In this document: piece by piece, positions 36,913 to 47,500 of the stretch
Layout: the number at the start of each line of letters is the position of its first letter
Position numbering within the stretch: position 1 is the stretch's first letter
From: an uncultured virus (IMG/VR IMGVR_UViG_3300027608_000026)
Lineage: Duplodnaviria; Heunggongvirae; Uroviricota; Caudoviricetes
DNA length: 64,000 bases
Direction: 5' to 3' (one strand)
Virus record (IMG/VR): IMGVR_UViG_3300027608_000026
Notes under the pieces: model-generated
The model's input: only the letters and a program-made list of their open reading frames with translations
Databases searched by the model: none
What the model was told of the DNA's origin: nothing
Position numbers and translations under genes: made by a program

Positions 36913-37732
36913 TGCTCTACTTATTGTAGCGGTGTTATCCACATCTGCGTTTGCAAAACAAAACAAAAAATCAACAATACGTCCCCAGAACGGAATCTTA
37001 GCAACAAATTATATTGTTAAAGATCTCGATACTGGGGAAGTTTTTAAAGAAAAAAACAGTCAAGAAATAAGAAGCATTGCTTCTATTACTAAACTAATGA
37101 CTGTGGTAGTGGTTTTAAATGCCCATCAAAAGCTAGATGAAGTTTTAACCATCAACAAAACTAAGGGAATTCATTCTAGACTTCCCAATGGCACAAAAAT
37201 AACTAGATCTGATTTATTATTGTTGTCCTTGATGAGCAGTGACAATGTTGCCGCAAAAGTCCTGGCTCAAAATTATCCTGGGGGAGAAGAATCGGCCTTG
37301 GCCGCGATGAATGCTACTGCTGACTCATTGGGTATGCACAATACAAGATTTGTCGATCCTACAGGACTGTTTGAAGAGAATGTTAGCACAGTTATTGATC
37401 TGGCTAAGTTAATAGACTATGCTTACGCATTTGACATTATTAGGAATTTTTCAACAAAAACCAGCAAAAGAATACAAGTTCCCGGCCGAAAGAAATCGTA
37501 TTTTGTTGATTTCCGTACAACAAATTCCCTGGTTGTTAAAGACACTAGTATAGGCCTTAGTAAGACAGGCTGGATACAAAAATCTGGTGGTTGCTTGGTT
37601 ATGATTATAAAGGACCGAGGACGTAGGCTTGCCGTAATCCTGCTAAATAGTAGGAACACCCATACTCGGATACGAGACGGTGCATTACTTACGGAATACG
37701 ACAATGTCAGAAATAACAGGAATTTTAGATAA
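36875..37732 (+). CDS. Peptidase S11, PBP7-like D-Ala-D-Ala endopeptidase
   Basis: SITK, SDN, SKTG motifs; signal peptide. Confidence 0.85.
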   Translation: MDLLIKLLKNAINALLIVAVLSTSAFAKQNKKSTIRPQNGILATNYIVKDLDTGEVFKEKNSQEIRSIASITKLMTVVVVLNAHQKLDEVLTINKTKGIHSRLPNGTKITRSDLLLLSLMSSDNVAAKVLAQNYPGGEESALAAMNATADSLGMHNTRFVDPTGLFEENVSTVIDLAKLIDYAYAFDIIRNFSTKTSKRIQVPGRKKSYFVDFRTTNSLVVKDTSIGLSKTGWIQKSGGCLVMIIKDRGRRLAVILLNSRNTHTRIRDGALLTEYDNVRNNRNFR

Positions 37733-38627
37733 CACCACTCAACAAGTACTCGTTTTAAATGATGATCACGTTATTCTTCGTGGAAACGTTAAAATACACG
37801 GAGTGCTTGACGTAGGACTTGTACGCACAACTGAAATCATATCAGATTCTAGATATGAAAAGAAGTTTCTTGTTTTTGCGGCACCTGAAGGTACACAACT
37901 TGCCGGTACAGGGTTGTTATGGCAAGATAAAATACAAAACAAGCAACTTGTTTATAGAACAAACCCTGATTGTTTCTTCCTTTCAGAGCATGTCGACTTA
38001 CCCAATGAAAAAGCATATCTAATTGGTGGGCAACCTGTTATAACTGCTACCGAATTAGGTGCATCTATTACCAAGAGTAATCTAAGAAATATAGGAACAC
38101 TCGATAAACTAAATGTAGCAGGTAATGTTAACTTCGGAGATTTTGTATTTTCCACAAGACAAAGATTTAGTATCGGAAGAGAAGACGGCGATGCTGTGTT
38201 TTCAGTATTCGACGAACCTAATAATGTTCAAATTATTTTAGAAGGCAATGAAGACGGACGAGCTAAAATTGGAACATTCAATAACAAAGGTGTTGATATT
38301 GTTGTTGGCAATCAAACTCGATTAACTGTAGGTACTAACGGAAATATTGTTCTTGGTCGTGAATCAAATTCAAATACATTGATTAATCTTTATGGCAAAG
38401 TAGGTGTTAATGTTAAAAACCCAAGTGAAGAATTTGAAGTATCAGGAAATATTAAATTCCAAAATAAACTATTTGCTGTAGGAGATCGAGCACCAACTGT
38501 TGGATCATATCAAGTAGGTGATATTGTTTGGAACAGCGGTCCTATGATTAGTAACTACATTGGTTGGGTTTGCACCATGGGCGGCTCGCCAGGTACTTGG
38601 GCACCCTTTGGTCAGATCGTAGGATAA
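37704..38627 (+). CDS. Tail fibre/spike-like protein
   Basis: beta-rich; C-terminal GDIVWN..GWVC..PGTW. Confidence 0.55.
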   Translation: MSEITGILDNTTQQVLVLNDDHVILRGNVKIHGVLDVGLVRTTEIISDSRYEKKFLVFAAPEGTQLAGTGLLWQDKIQNKQLVYRTNPDCFFLSEHVDLPNEKAYLIGGQPVITATELGASITKSNLRNIGTLDKLNVAGNVNFGDFVFSTRQRFSIGREDGDAVFSVFDEPNNVQIILEGNEDGRAKIGTFNNKGVDIVVGNQTRLTVGTNGNIVLGRESNSNTLINLYGKVGVNVKNPSEEFEVSGNIKFQNKLFAVGDRAPTVGSYQVGDIVWNSGPMISNYIGWVCTMGGSPGTWAPFGQIVG

Positions 38628-38686
38628 ACTACTAACAAAAATTCGTAAGTGTTCAGAGTAAATATATTTACTCAGGGGGAAACATT

Positions 38687-39016
38687 ATGGAAAATCAAAC
38701 TCAAATTCAAACTCAAATTCAAACTTTAAGGCAATTCGAAAAGCAACGTAAATTATGGATGGCTCTTAGCGCAATAGTACTGGTATCAGTATTAGGCATC
38801 ATTTTTGATTGGGCAACAATATATCAATATAAACTAGAATGGTTAGTAGGAGCAGGTGGCTTGCTGTTAACTATAGTATGGTGGTATTGGACTATGCGAA
38901 TCACTAAAGAACTGATTACTATCAAAATTAACGATAGAGAAATCTTACAAGATATCATTGAAGATATAAAGCATATAAGAAAAGAAATACTAAGAACTTT
39001 ACCCAATAGGGATTGA
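38687..39016 (+). CDS. Two-TM membrane protein
   Basis: Two hydrophobic helices. Confidence 0.6.
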   Translation: MENQTQIQTQIQTLRQFEKQRKLWMALSAIVLVSVLGIIFDWATIYQYKLEWLVGAGGLLLTIVWWYWTMRITKELITIKINDREILQDIIEDIKHIRKEILRTLPNRD

Positions 39017-39130
39017 CAAGTTAAATAGTAGTCTATATAATAAGTCATCAGCGGACTTTTCACGTCATTCATCCCGCTTTATAAACTCTGCATGTCGTCA
39101 AACTTGCTACCTTAATAAAGGAGACTAGAG

Positions 39131-39580
39131 ATGGCAAAATATTTCTCAACAAAACATTACGGACACAACATTGGTCTGTCGGCGGTATTTCGTCAACCTA
39201 ATGCAGATCACAGTCATTGTCACCTGCTACACGGTTACAGTCTAGCGTTCACATTCACATTTGGGTGTGACTCATTAGACAATAAAAACTGGGCGGTGGA
39301 TTTTGGCGGACTCAAACCGCTGAAAGCATGGCTAGAAGATAACTTTGATCACAAGATGGCCTTAGACAAGACAGATCCCCATCTGGCCAAGTTTCGAGAA
39401 CTAGAAGCATTAGACCTAGCAGAGATCCGTATCTTTGACGGAGTTGGTGTAGAGAAGTTTGCTGAACATGCTTTTAACTTTGCTGACCAATTGATACGTG
39501 AAAAGAGTGGTGGTCGTTGTCATTGTGTACGAGTTGAGTGTGCTGAACACGGCGCCAATTCGGCAACTTACGAAGCTTAA
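39131..39580 (+). CDS. queD: QueD/PTPS family T-fold enzyme
   Basis: [26 protein letters not shown]. Confidence 0.8.
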   Translation: MAKYFSTKHYGHNIGLSAVFRQPNADHSHCHLLHGYSLAFTFTFGCDSLDNKNWAVDFGGLKPLKAWLEDNFDHKMALDKTDPHLAKFRELEALDLAEIRIFDGVGVEKFAEHAFNFADQLIREKSGGRCHCVRVECAEHGANSATYEA

Positions 39581-39801
39581 TGAATAGAGATATGTACATG
39601 AAATTCAAATTAGGCGATTTAGTTAAAAAAATATCCGGGTCGCAATGGCACGGAACTGTTGTCGGTACATACTCAACGGAATTAACTCCAGAAGGTTATG
39701 CTGTTGAGAGCTCTACCGAAAAGGGATCTGTGCAGATCTATCCTGCAAAGGCTCTTGAGCTATGGAACGCTAATGAAACAACTTTGGCGGCTTTGGGCTA
39801 A
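39580..39801 (+). CDS. dfrB: Type II (R67/DfrB-family) dihydrofolate reductase homolog
   Basis: [23 protein letters not shown]...[10 protein letters not shown]. Confidence 0.9.
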   Translation: MNRDMYMKFKLGDLVKKISGSQWHGTVVGTYSTELTPEGYAVESSTEKGSVQIYPAKALELWNANETTLAALG

Positions 39802-40066
39802 AGCATTGGGTGAAAAATCAGGCAGTACGGATGTAGAAGCGGACAGAATCGCTTTTATTCGTACTGCTATTGTGTTATGCTATATAATAACAAACTGCTT
39901 TATTATAGCAAGTGTAATCAGGCATTGGAATTAAAATGATAGATAAAGATTGGTTAGAAAGAGTAATCACAGCATACAAAGCGTACCCGTATCCAAACGT
40001 AGAAATTGAACATTTTTTAAATTGGTTATATTCTCAGTACGGCATTGTCCCACCAAAAGGAAAAGA

Positions 40067-40999
40067 ATGAAAAAAGTTTTAGTAACCGGCGGTGCCGGGT
40101 TTCTCGGTAGTCACTTATGTGATAGATTGGTAACCGAAGGACATCATGTTCTTTGCGTAGATAATTATTTTACAGGTGCAAAGAAAAACATCGAACATTT
40201 ACTCGAATATAAAAACTTTGAAGTAATTCGTCAAGATATTTGTTTTCCGTTATATGTAGAAGTAGACGAGATCTATAACCTAGCATGTCCTGCTAGTCCT
40301 CAGGCATATCAGTGGGACCCTATTCATACGATGAAAACAAATGTTTTAGGCGCCTATAATTTATTAGGCCTTGCTAAAAGAACAGGTGCTAGAATCTTAC
40401 AGGCTAGCACCAGCGAAGTTTACGGTGATCCCAAAGTACATCCACAGCCCGAAGAGTACTGGGGGAATGTAAATCCAATTGGTATACGTAGTTGCTACGA
40501 TGAAGGCAAACGTGCCGCCGAAACATTATTTTACGACTATTATAGAGTACATAACGTAAATGCAAAGATTGTTCGTATCTTTAATACATACGGGCCCCGT
40601 ATGGCTACTGATGATGGTCGTGTAGTAAGTAACTTTATTGTACAAGCATTGCGAGGAAAAAACATAACAGTATACGGAAGTGGTCAACAAACCCGTAGTT
40701 TCTGTTATGTAGACGATCTTATTGACGGAATGATGGCTATGATGAATACGGATGACGAAATGATTGGTCCGTTGAATTTAGGAAATCCTGGAGAGTTTAC
40801 AATGTTTGATTTGGCCGAGATGGTTATTAAACTTACAGGAACAGAGAGCCAAATACTGCAAATGCCGTTGCCGCAAGATGATCCAAAACAACGACAGCCA
40901 AATATAAACAAAACAAAAAAAGTTTTACAATGGGAACCAAAAATTGATTTAGAAACTGGATTACAAAAAACGATTGACTATTTCCGAAAAATAGTGTAA
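40067..40999 (+). CDS. UDP-glucuronate decarboxylase (UDP-xylose synthase)
   Basis: [37 protein letters not shown]. Confidence 0.92.
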   Translation: MKKVLVTGGAGFLGSHLCDRLVTEGHHVLCVDNYFTGAKKNIEHLLEYKNFEVIRQDICFPLYVEVDEIYNLACPASPQAYQWDPIHTMKTNVLGAYNLLGLAKRTGARILQASTSEVYGDPKVHPQPEEYWGNVNPIGIRSCYDEGKRAAETLFYDYYRVHNVNAKIVRIFNTYGPRMATDDGRVVSNFIVQALRGKNITVYGSGQQTRSFCYVDDLIDGMMAMMNTDDEMIGPLNLGNPGEFTMFDLAEMVIKLTGTESQILQMPLPQDDPKQRQPNINKTKKVLQWEPKIDLETGLQKTIDYFRKIV

Positions 41000-41008
41000 A
41001 ATAATACT

Positions 41009-41491
41009 ATGGAACATAATTATACACCTCCTTTGTTAGATTTTGCCGATAGCGACTTGCCCGTTGATGCTCGTTATCAAATGATTAAATCTATGCTTGC
41101 AGAACACGAATGTATTGTAGACTTTAAAAAAGTAAATGGTGAAGTTCGAACATTACCATGCACATTACGAGAAGATTTACTGCCTGCGGCAAGCCGTGTG
41201 ATAAGTGAAGATATTATAGACGTTCCACCCAATGATGGTCTGATCACAGTATGGGCAACCGATGTGCAGGCATGGCGGGCTATGCGTACTATGAATGTTA
41301 TTTCTGTTAAACTGCCTCCAATAAAATATCTACTTACTGTAGAAGAAGATCCAGAGACTGGAGAATTAATCCTTCCGTTTACTCCCGAGATGCTAGCCCA
41401 AATGGGATGGAAAGAAGGTGACACCCTGAGCTGGGATGACAACGGCGACGGTTCTTTTATGCTTTCAAAGAAAGACAAATCTAGTGACTAA
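41009..41491 (+). CDS. SH3/WYL-like domain fused to AbrB-like domain
   Basis: FKKVNGEVR..CTL..WRA; LILPF...MGWKEGD.L.W. Confidence 0.6.
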   Translation: MEHNYTPPLLDFADSDLPVDARYQMIKSMLAEHECIVDFKKVNGEVRTLPCTLREDLLPAASRVISEDIIDVPPNDGLITVWATDVQAWRAMRTMNVISVKLPPIKYLLTVEEDPETGELILPFTPEMLAQMGWKEGDTLSWDDNGDGSFMLSKKDKSSD

Positions 41492-42512
41492 ACGAATTGG
41501 TTTTGCCTGCAAGTGGATTGATCACGCAGGACAAGTTAATGGTATCGACGCTAAGGACGATGCTAAGAAATATAATACTGGCTCCACTACTGTTGCATGG
41601 TTAAATAGACAGAGCAAAGAAGTCGCAGAGCAAAGACTTTGGGACTTAATGGTAGGTAACATTGAGTCTACTCGGTTGCTCGTCGAACGTGTAGGAGCAC
41701 TAGATGAAAATCTTAGAATGGTACGACTCTCAAGCGATATACTGCCTGTATATACTCAGCGTGATTGGGCTGGGTTTTGGCGGACTAGCAACGTTAGAAC
41801 ATATCTCGAAAGAGAATTTAGAACCGTGGGAGATGCGGCTCGCAAGAACGGTGTTCGGTTGTCTATGCATCCTGGCCAGTTTACTGTGCTGGCAAGCGAT
41901 AACCCAGGTATTGTTGAAAGATCAATAGAGGAGTTTGAATATCATGCAGATATGGCCAGGTACATGGGTTACGGTAAATCATTTCAGGACTTTAAAATCA
42001 ACGTCCACATCTCGGGTAAACAAGGTCCCGAAGGTATTCGATCTGCCTACAAAAGACTTACCCCCGAAGCAAGAAATTGTATCACAATTGAAAACGAAGA
42101 AAACTCCTGGGGCTTAGATGACTGCCTTACTATTAGCGATATCGTTCCTATTGTGCTTGACATTCACCATCACTGGATACGTGAGGGGGAATATATCAGT
42201 AACCAAGATAGTCGTGTTATTCGTGTCCTGGACAGTTGGCGTAGTATGCGCCCTACTTGTCATTATTCAGTATCTCGGGAAGATTATCTCGTGGATCATG
42301 ACACTAACATAATGCCCCATCATCACACGTTACTAACTGCCGGATACAAAAAACAAAAGCTCAGAGCACATTCTGATTTCTACTGGAATACAGCAGTTAA
42401 CGAATGGGCTTTGAGCTTTCTCAATACGCACGATATTATGTGCGAATCAAAAGGCAAAAATATTGCCTCGTTTGCCTTGCACGATAAGGCTAAAGAATTA
42501 CGCCTTCTTTAA
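41484..42512 (+). CDS. uvsE: UV damage endonuclease
   Basis: RIGFAC, RLSSD, RLSMHPGQF, IENEE, DIHHH, HSD. Confidence 0.9.
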   Translation: MTKRIGFACKWIDHAGQVNGIDAKDDAKKYNTGSTTVAWLNRQSKEVAEQRLWDLMVGNIESTRLLVERVGALDENLRMVRLSSDILPVYTQRDWAGFWRTSNVRTYLEREFRTVGDAARKNGVRLSMHPGQFTVLASDNPGIVERSIEEFEYHADMARYMGYGKSFQDFKINVHISGKQGPEGIRSAYKRLTPEARNCITIENEENSWGLDDCLTISDIVPIVLDIHHHWIREGEYISNQDSRVIRVLDSWRSMRPTCHYSVSREDYLVDHDTNIMPHHHTLLTAGYKKQKLRAHSDFYWNTAVNEWALSFLNTHDIMCESKGKNIASFALHDKAKELRLL

Positions 42513-42770
42513 AGTAGTAGGTTTCTTAACTACAGCTTTTTTAGCGGCTGGCTTCTTAGTGGCCGGCTTCTTAGCAGCCGAGGTAGCAGGAGTAGCACGT
42601 GGTTTACGTACTTTCTTTACTACTTCTTCAACTACTGCTTCAACCGCCTTAACTTCTTCAACTACAGCTTTTTCTACAGCTTTAACTTCCTCGATTACCT
42701 CGATCTGTTTTCTGTTAAGAAAAAAGAACGCTACTAAGGCAATAAAAATAACACCAATGATATATTCCAT
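42498..42770 (-). CDS. Membrane-anchored Lys/Ala/Glu-rich protein
   Basis: N-terminal TM, EEVKAV repeats, AKKP tail. Confidence 0.6.
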   Translation of the reverse strand: MEYIIGVIFIALVAFFFLNRKQIEVIEEVKAVEKAVVEEVKAVEAVVEEVVKKVRKPRATPATSAAKKPATKKPAAKKAVVKKPTTLKKA

Positions 42771-42923
42771 TTTAAGATTTCCTTATAAAAATGTATGTGT
42801 TTATTTACCCGCGAATAAATACTTCATCAAGAAATTGATTAGCACATAAAGGAGGACCGGCGATCGATCATAGTATGATCATAATTTTTGACAAGAGAGT
42901 TTGAAACCTTTATAATAAAAACA

Positions 42924-43655
42924 ATGCTAACAATAAAAAACGTGTCTGCGGTAGTTGATACTAAAGACCTACTAAAAAATATATCAATAAACATCAAACA
43001 GGGCGAGATTCATGCAATCTTGGGCCCTAAACATTCTGGCAAAAGCAGTCTTGCTCATTTAATTGCCGGGCATCCTTCAATAATTCAAACTGAGGGATCG
43101 ATTACTTTTAAACATAAAAACATAACTAGATTAGATTGTGAGGATAGGGCAAAGTTAGGTATACACACAACTTTTCAAAATCCTCCAGAAATCTACGGGC
43201 TTAGAAACATAGACCTAATTAAAGCTATGATGAAAGCCAAGAAAGATACTCGTTCCGAAAACGAATTAGAAAAAGATTATAAGGTATTGTGTACTATGCT
43301 CGAATTACCATCAGGGCATGGGGATGCGATGATGGATTACGATTTTATGAATCTATCAGAATTTAAGAAAAACGAAATTCTTCAGATGTTGATGTTAGAT
43401 CCAGATTTTGTCATTATAGATGAAATAGATTCTAATTTAGAGGAAGAAGACCTACAGATATTAGGCGCCGTTTTAAACAGCTATGTAGATGGTAAAAAAT
43501 CAATGGCCGTAATTACAAATAATCAACAATTTTTAGACATGATTGTTCCTACCCATGTGCATGTTATTGTAGACGGGGAAATTAAAGAACATGGTGGTCC
43601 AGAATTATATAAAAGGATAATAGAAGATGGCTATTCACAGTTTTCTCAAAGCTGA
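42924..43655 (+). CDS. sufC: SufC-like ABC ATPase (divergent)
   Basis: GEIHAILGP..SGKS, AGHP, FQ.PPEI.G, KKNEILQ, DEIDS.L, P.HVHV. Confidence 0.75.
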   Translation: MLTIKNVSAVVDTKDLLKNISINIKQGEIHAILGPKHSGKSSLAHLIAGHPSIIQTEGSITFKHKNITRLDCEDRAKLGIHTTFQNPPEIYGLRNIDLIKAMMKAKKDTRSENELEKDYKVLCTMLELPSGHGDAMMDYDFMNLSEFKKNEILQMLMLDPDFVIIDEIDSNLEEEDLQILGAVLNSYVDGKKSMAVITNNQQFLDMIVPTHVHVIVDGEIKEHGGPELYKRIIEDGYSQFSQS

Positions 43656-44451
43656 AAAAGGCGACCCAGATTGGCAATATTCCCCAGAAAAATATTTTGG
43701 TAAAGAGTTTAAAGTTGTTGAGGCTAGCACCGTTGAGCTTGCAGAAGGTCACAGCAATACTATGGTACTGCGGCAAAATCCTACAGAAAAGGAATTGTTA
43801 GCAAAACATATTAAGATTCAAGTTAAGCCCGAGGGTAAGTTGGATTTAATTGTAATTAACGAAGCAGATCATAAACTACAACAGGTATTTTTGTACGATA
43901 TTCATGTAGCGGAAGGCGCTGGAATCAATTTTGGAATGTTTGTTAAAAACGGAAAATTCAACAAACACATTATCCAAGTATATTTAGAAGAAGGTGCTGA
44001 ATTTAATTCGTATGGTCTTATGATGAATACCGTGGGCGGCGACACTGAAATTATTACAAAGATTATTCATCAACATATTGATTCTAGTAGTAATCAGATT
44101 ATTCTTGGAGTTGCCGGAAAGGACAGTCAAACAGTATTTCAAGGGATGACTGTTCTCGATAAAGGGTCAGAGGGTAGTGAAGCACACATTGAAAGCGGAA
44201 ACTTTATAATAGGAGAAAACGGTAGATGCCGCAGTAGGCCTGACATTTACACCGATTGCAACGAGGTTGTATCTTCCTTAGGTTCCACAACAGATCACTT
44301 AAATCTCGATAAACTTTACTATCTGCAAAGTAAAGGACTTGATATATTAACTGCTACTAAAACTATTTTAGATAGCTTCCAAAATCAAGCAATTAACATT
44401 GTACCGTACGATGATGTTCGAGAAGAAGTAAAAGAATTGTTTGCTATTTGA
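43627..44451 (+). CDS. sufD: SufD-like beta-helix protein (divergent)
   Basis: VFQG, RPDI, LYYLQSKGL..A. Confidence 0.7.
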   Translation: MAIHSFLKAEKGDPDWQYSPEKYFGKEFKVVEASTVELAEGHSNTMVLRQNPTEKELLAKHIKIQVKPEGKLDLIVINEADHKLQQVFLYDIHVAEGAGINFGMFVKNGKFNKHIIQVYLEEGAEFNSYGLMMNTVGGDTEIITKIIHQHIDSSSNQIILGVAGKDSQTVFQGMTVLDKGSEGSEAHIESGNFIIGENGRCRSRPDIYTDCNEVVSSLGSTTDHLNLDKLYYLQSKGLDILTATKTILDSFQNQAINIVPYDDVREEVKELFAI

Positions 44452-44526
44452 TCCTATTTAAAGGTTTACTATTTTAGGTAAATACCTTTATGATTTCAAA
44501 ATGTAGATATTTTTGGTGGGTGAAAT

Positions 44527-47500
44527 ATGTCGTTTAATCCCTCTCATTCATTTTCAGGTAACGGCGTACCTGGTCAATTAACTGTTACATATACAACAGG
44601 GTCAACATCCTGGAATATTGTTACACAAAGTTTACCAGGGCTTGCTACTTACGGCACCTTTCCTAATACACTAAACGCCAATACTATACAAACCCAAGGA
44701 TTTAACTATGCTTGGCCGTATAGAGGTGGTAAAAATCTGCCAACGTCCGGAACAAACTCTAAGGTACCATATGGTATATTAGGTGTTAGTACTATAGGTG
44801 TTGTATTTTTTAGCCCAAACGCAGGAATTAGCACTGGGGGAAGCAATGGCACAACCTGGACCGTAAACTTTGTTGACGCAGAAATATTTGGCGAAGACTC
44901 TAGCAGTGGAAGCCCAAATATCTCAGGCATATACCATTATGTCGATACAAGATTTATCAATGACGATTCTTGGGGTGCTATTTCTAATAGAACTTCCGGA
45001 TATGTCGAATCAGATGGTCATAGCAAAATATTAGGTTGGGCGTTAGACGGATACCCTATCTACGGTCCATACGGATATTCTAATCCAGTAAGTGCTTCTA
45101 GTACAGCAACACTAATGGTTTCGGGTTACAGGACTACATCTAAAGTTAATCGGCCTGCCGCAAGAACACTAGTTGTTAACGGAACAGTAACTTCGGCTAC
45201 ATCATTCTTAGTTTATAGTGTATCAGGTATAGTGCCGGGAATGTCCATAACCGGCAATTCTATCACAACTGCCACTAAGGTTACAAAAATTATTGGTGCC
45301 AATATATATACTAACACTCCCGTGTCAATTGGTACAGGTGAAGTTATTAATGCATCGTTTGATTTAGGAACATTAGTCGAAGATTGGGATTATTTAACAA
45401 GCAACACCGTTACCCTAGATCTATACAATGGAAGATATTGTGTAACTCCGGACTATCCTTTAGGCACCTATGCATATTTTGCCACACAAGATTCTAACGG
45501 TACTCCAACCTTTCCATATTTGGTTGGTCCTTATTTTTATGGGGCGTTAACTGCGGATAGCAATAACTCATCTCTATCATCGCTAACTGCAAGTGCTGGG
45601 ACGTTTTCCCCTACTTTTAATTCAACTATAACAAATTATCTATTAACGGTAGGTAATCTTACTACTAGTTTAACATTTACTCCTGTTTCGGCAAGTATAT
45701 ATTCTACTATCCTGTTTAATACATCAACAACAGTAACATCCGGATCTGCAACACCAGTTGTACAATTACCCGTTGGATACACTACTAGTACCATTAGGGT
45801 AACTTCTCAATACAGAACAACTAGTACATATACTATAAGTATCAACCGAGTAAAAAGTCCCGACAATGCTTTACAAAGTTTATCATTTAATGCAGGCACA
45901 TTATTTCCTGCATTTAGAAGCACAGTAACTACCTATTCATTAACTGTTGATACAGCAGTTAGCAAATTAGGAATAACTCCAATAATATCAAACCAATTTG
46001 CTTCAATTGCCATTAACGGAAATACTGCAACTTCTGGTCTTGTCTATCTTGAAGATCTAGTTTATGGAAGAAATGTTGAAACTATTGTTGTTACTGCACA
46101 GGATTTAACTACTCGAACTTATACTATTAACGTTTCTAGATTAAGTAATATTTCATTATTATCAGCTCTTTCGATTAGTGTAGGATCGTTTACTGCAAGT
46201 TTCAATAGTAACACATTTTTCTATACAGCATATCTTGCCAATACCATAACCACTGTTAGAGCTAATGCAACTTCGATTGATACCGCTGGAACTATATACA
46301 TCAACGGAATATTGGCACAGTCAGGAATATTATCACAACCTATTAATTTAAAATTAGGTGTTAATGCAATTGATGTTAGAATTATTTCTTCAGACCAATC
46401 AACCACGCACTTTTATAGAATAACTATTAATAGAGGATTTAGCAGTACAGCAACATTAAGTTTTCTGTTACTTTCATCAGGTACACTTGCTCCGGCGTTT
46501 AGTTCAACTATAACAAACTATATTGCTACTGTAACTAACTTCATATCAACTATAAACGTAACTCCTACAGCTTCTCAGGAATATTCGTATGTGGTAGTTA
46601 ATGATCGAAATGTACCTCCGGGGCGCACGTCAGAACCTATTAATCTACTAGTTGGTAATAACAATATAGTTATTGCGGTTACCGCACCAGATAATGTTAC
46701 ACAAAATATTTACAATGTGGTTGTTAGAAGGTTGGGCAGTTCTAACTCTCGTCTTTCTAATTTTGTAACAAATGCAATATTAACTCCGCAGTTCCAGTCA
46801 TTGGTCACAAGTTATTCTGCAAATGTTGGTTATACAATATCATCGTTAAAAATTACTCCCACAGTAGAAGAAAGTAACGCCACTGTCACTGTTAATAATA
46901 TATCTGTACTGTCCGGCCAATCAACTGGTTCAATTCCTTTATCTATAGGAACTAACACTATACGAACTGTAGTACTTGCTCAAGATAGTATAACTACTTC
47001 TACATATAGATTAACTGTTAATCGTTCTGCTAACTACGATAATTCATTATCTGTTGTTGATATAACCTCGGGTATATTGTATCAGAGTCCTACTCTCCAA
47101 GAAGGATTTGTTCAAGATATAAACACGTATACCAGCTATGCCTCGCACTTTACCACATCAACAGATATATTTGTTGTGGCAAATGACGTAGGAGCTACAT
47201 TAAAAATTAACGGATCAACAGTACTTTCAGGTGCAACTACTACTGTGCCACTTATAGGTTATAACTACGTTAACTCTCTCACAAATAAAATTGAATGGGT
47301 TGGTAATAACACTATCAGTATTGTCTGTACTGCGGCTGACCCGTCCTATGTTAATACAACAACATTATATATTACCAGGGTTGGTAGCAATATTTCAACT
47401 CTTACTAATTTAATATTAAATGTAGGTACATTAGACCCTGCATTTAGTTTTAATATTAATGATTATTTTATTGGCCTTCCATATAATTTCACAACTCCAT

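Noticed and set aside
38695..38724. Short tandem repeat encoding QTQIQTQIQT (and GCCGAA x3 near 34326)
   Set aside because: In-frame micro-duplications with no sign of phase variation.
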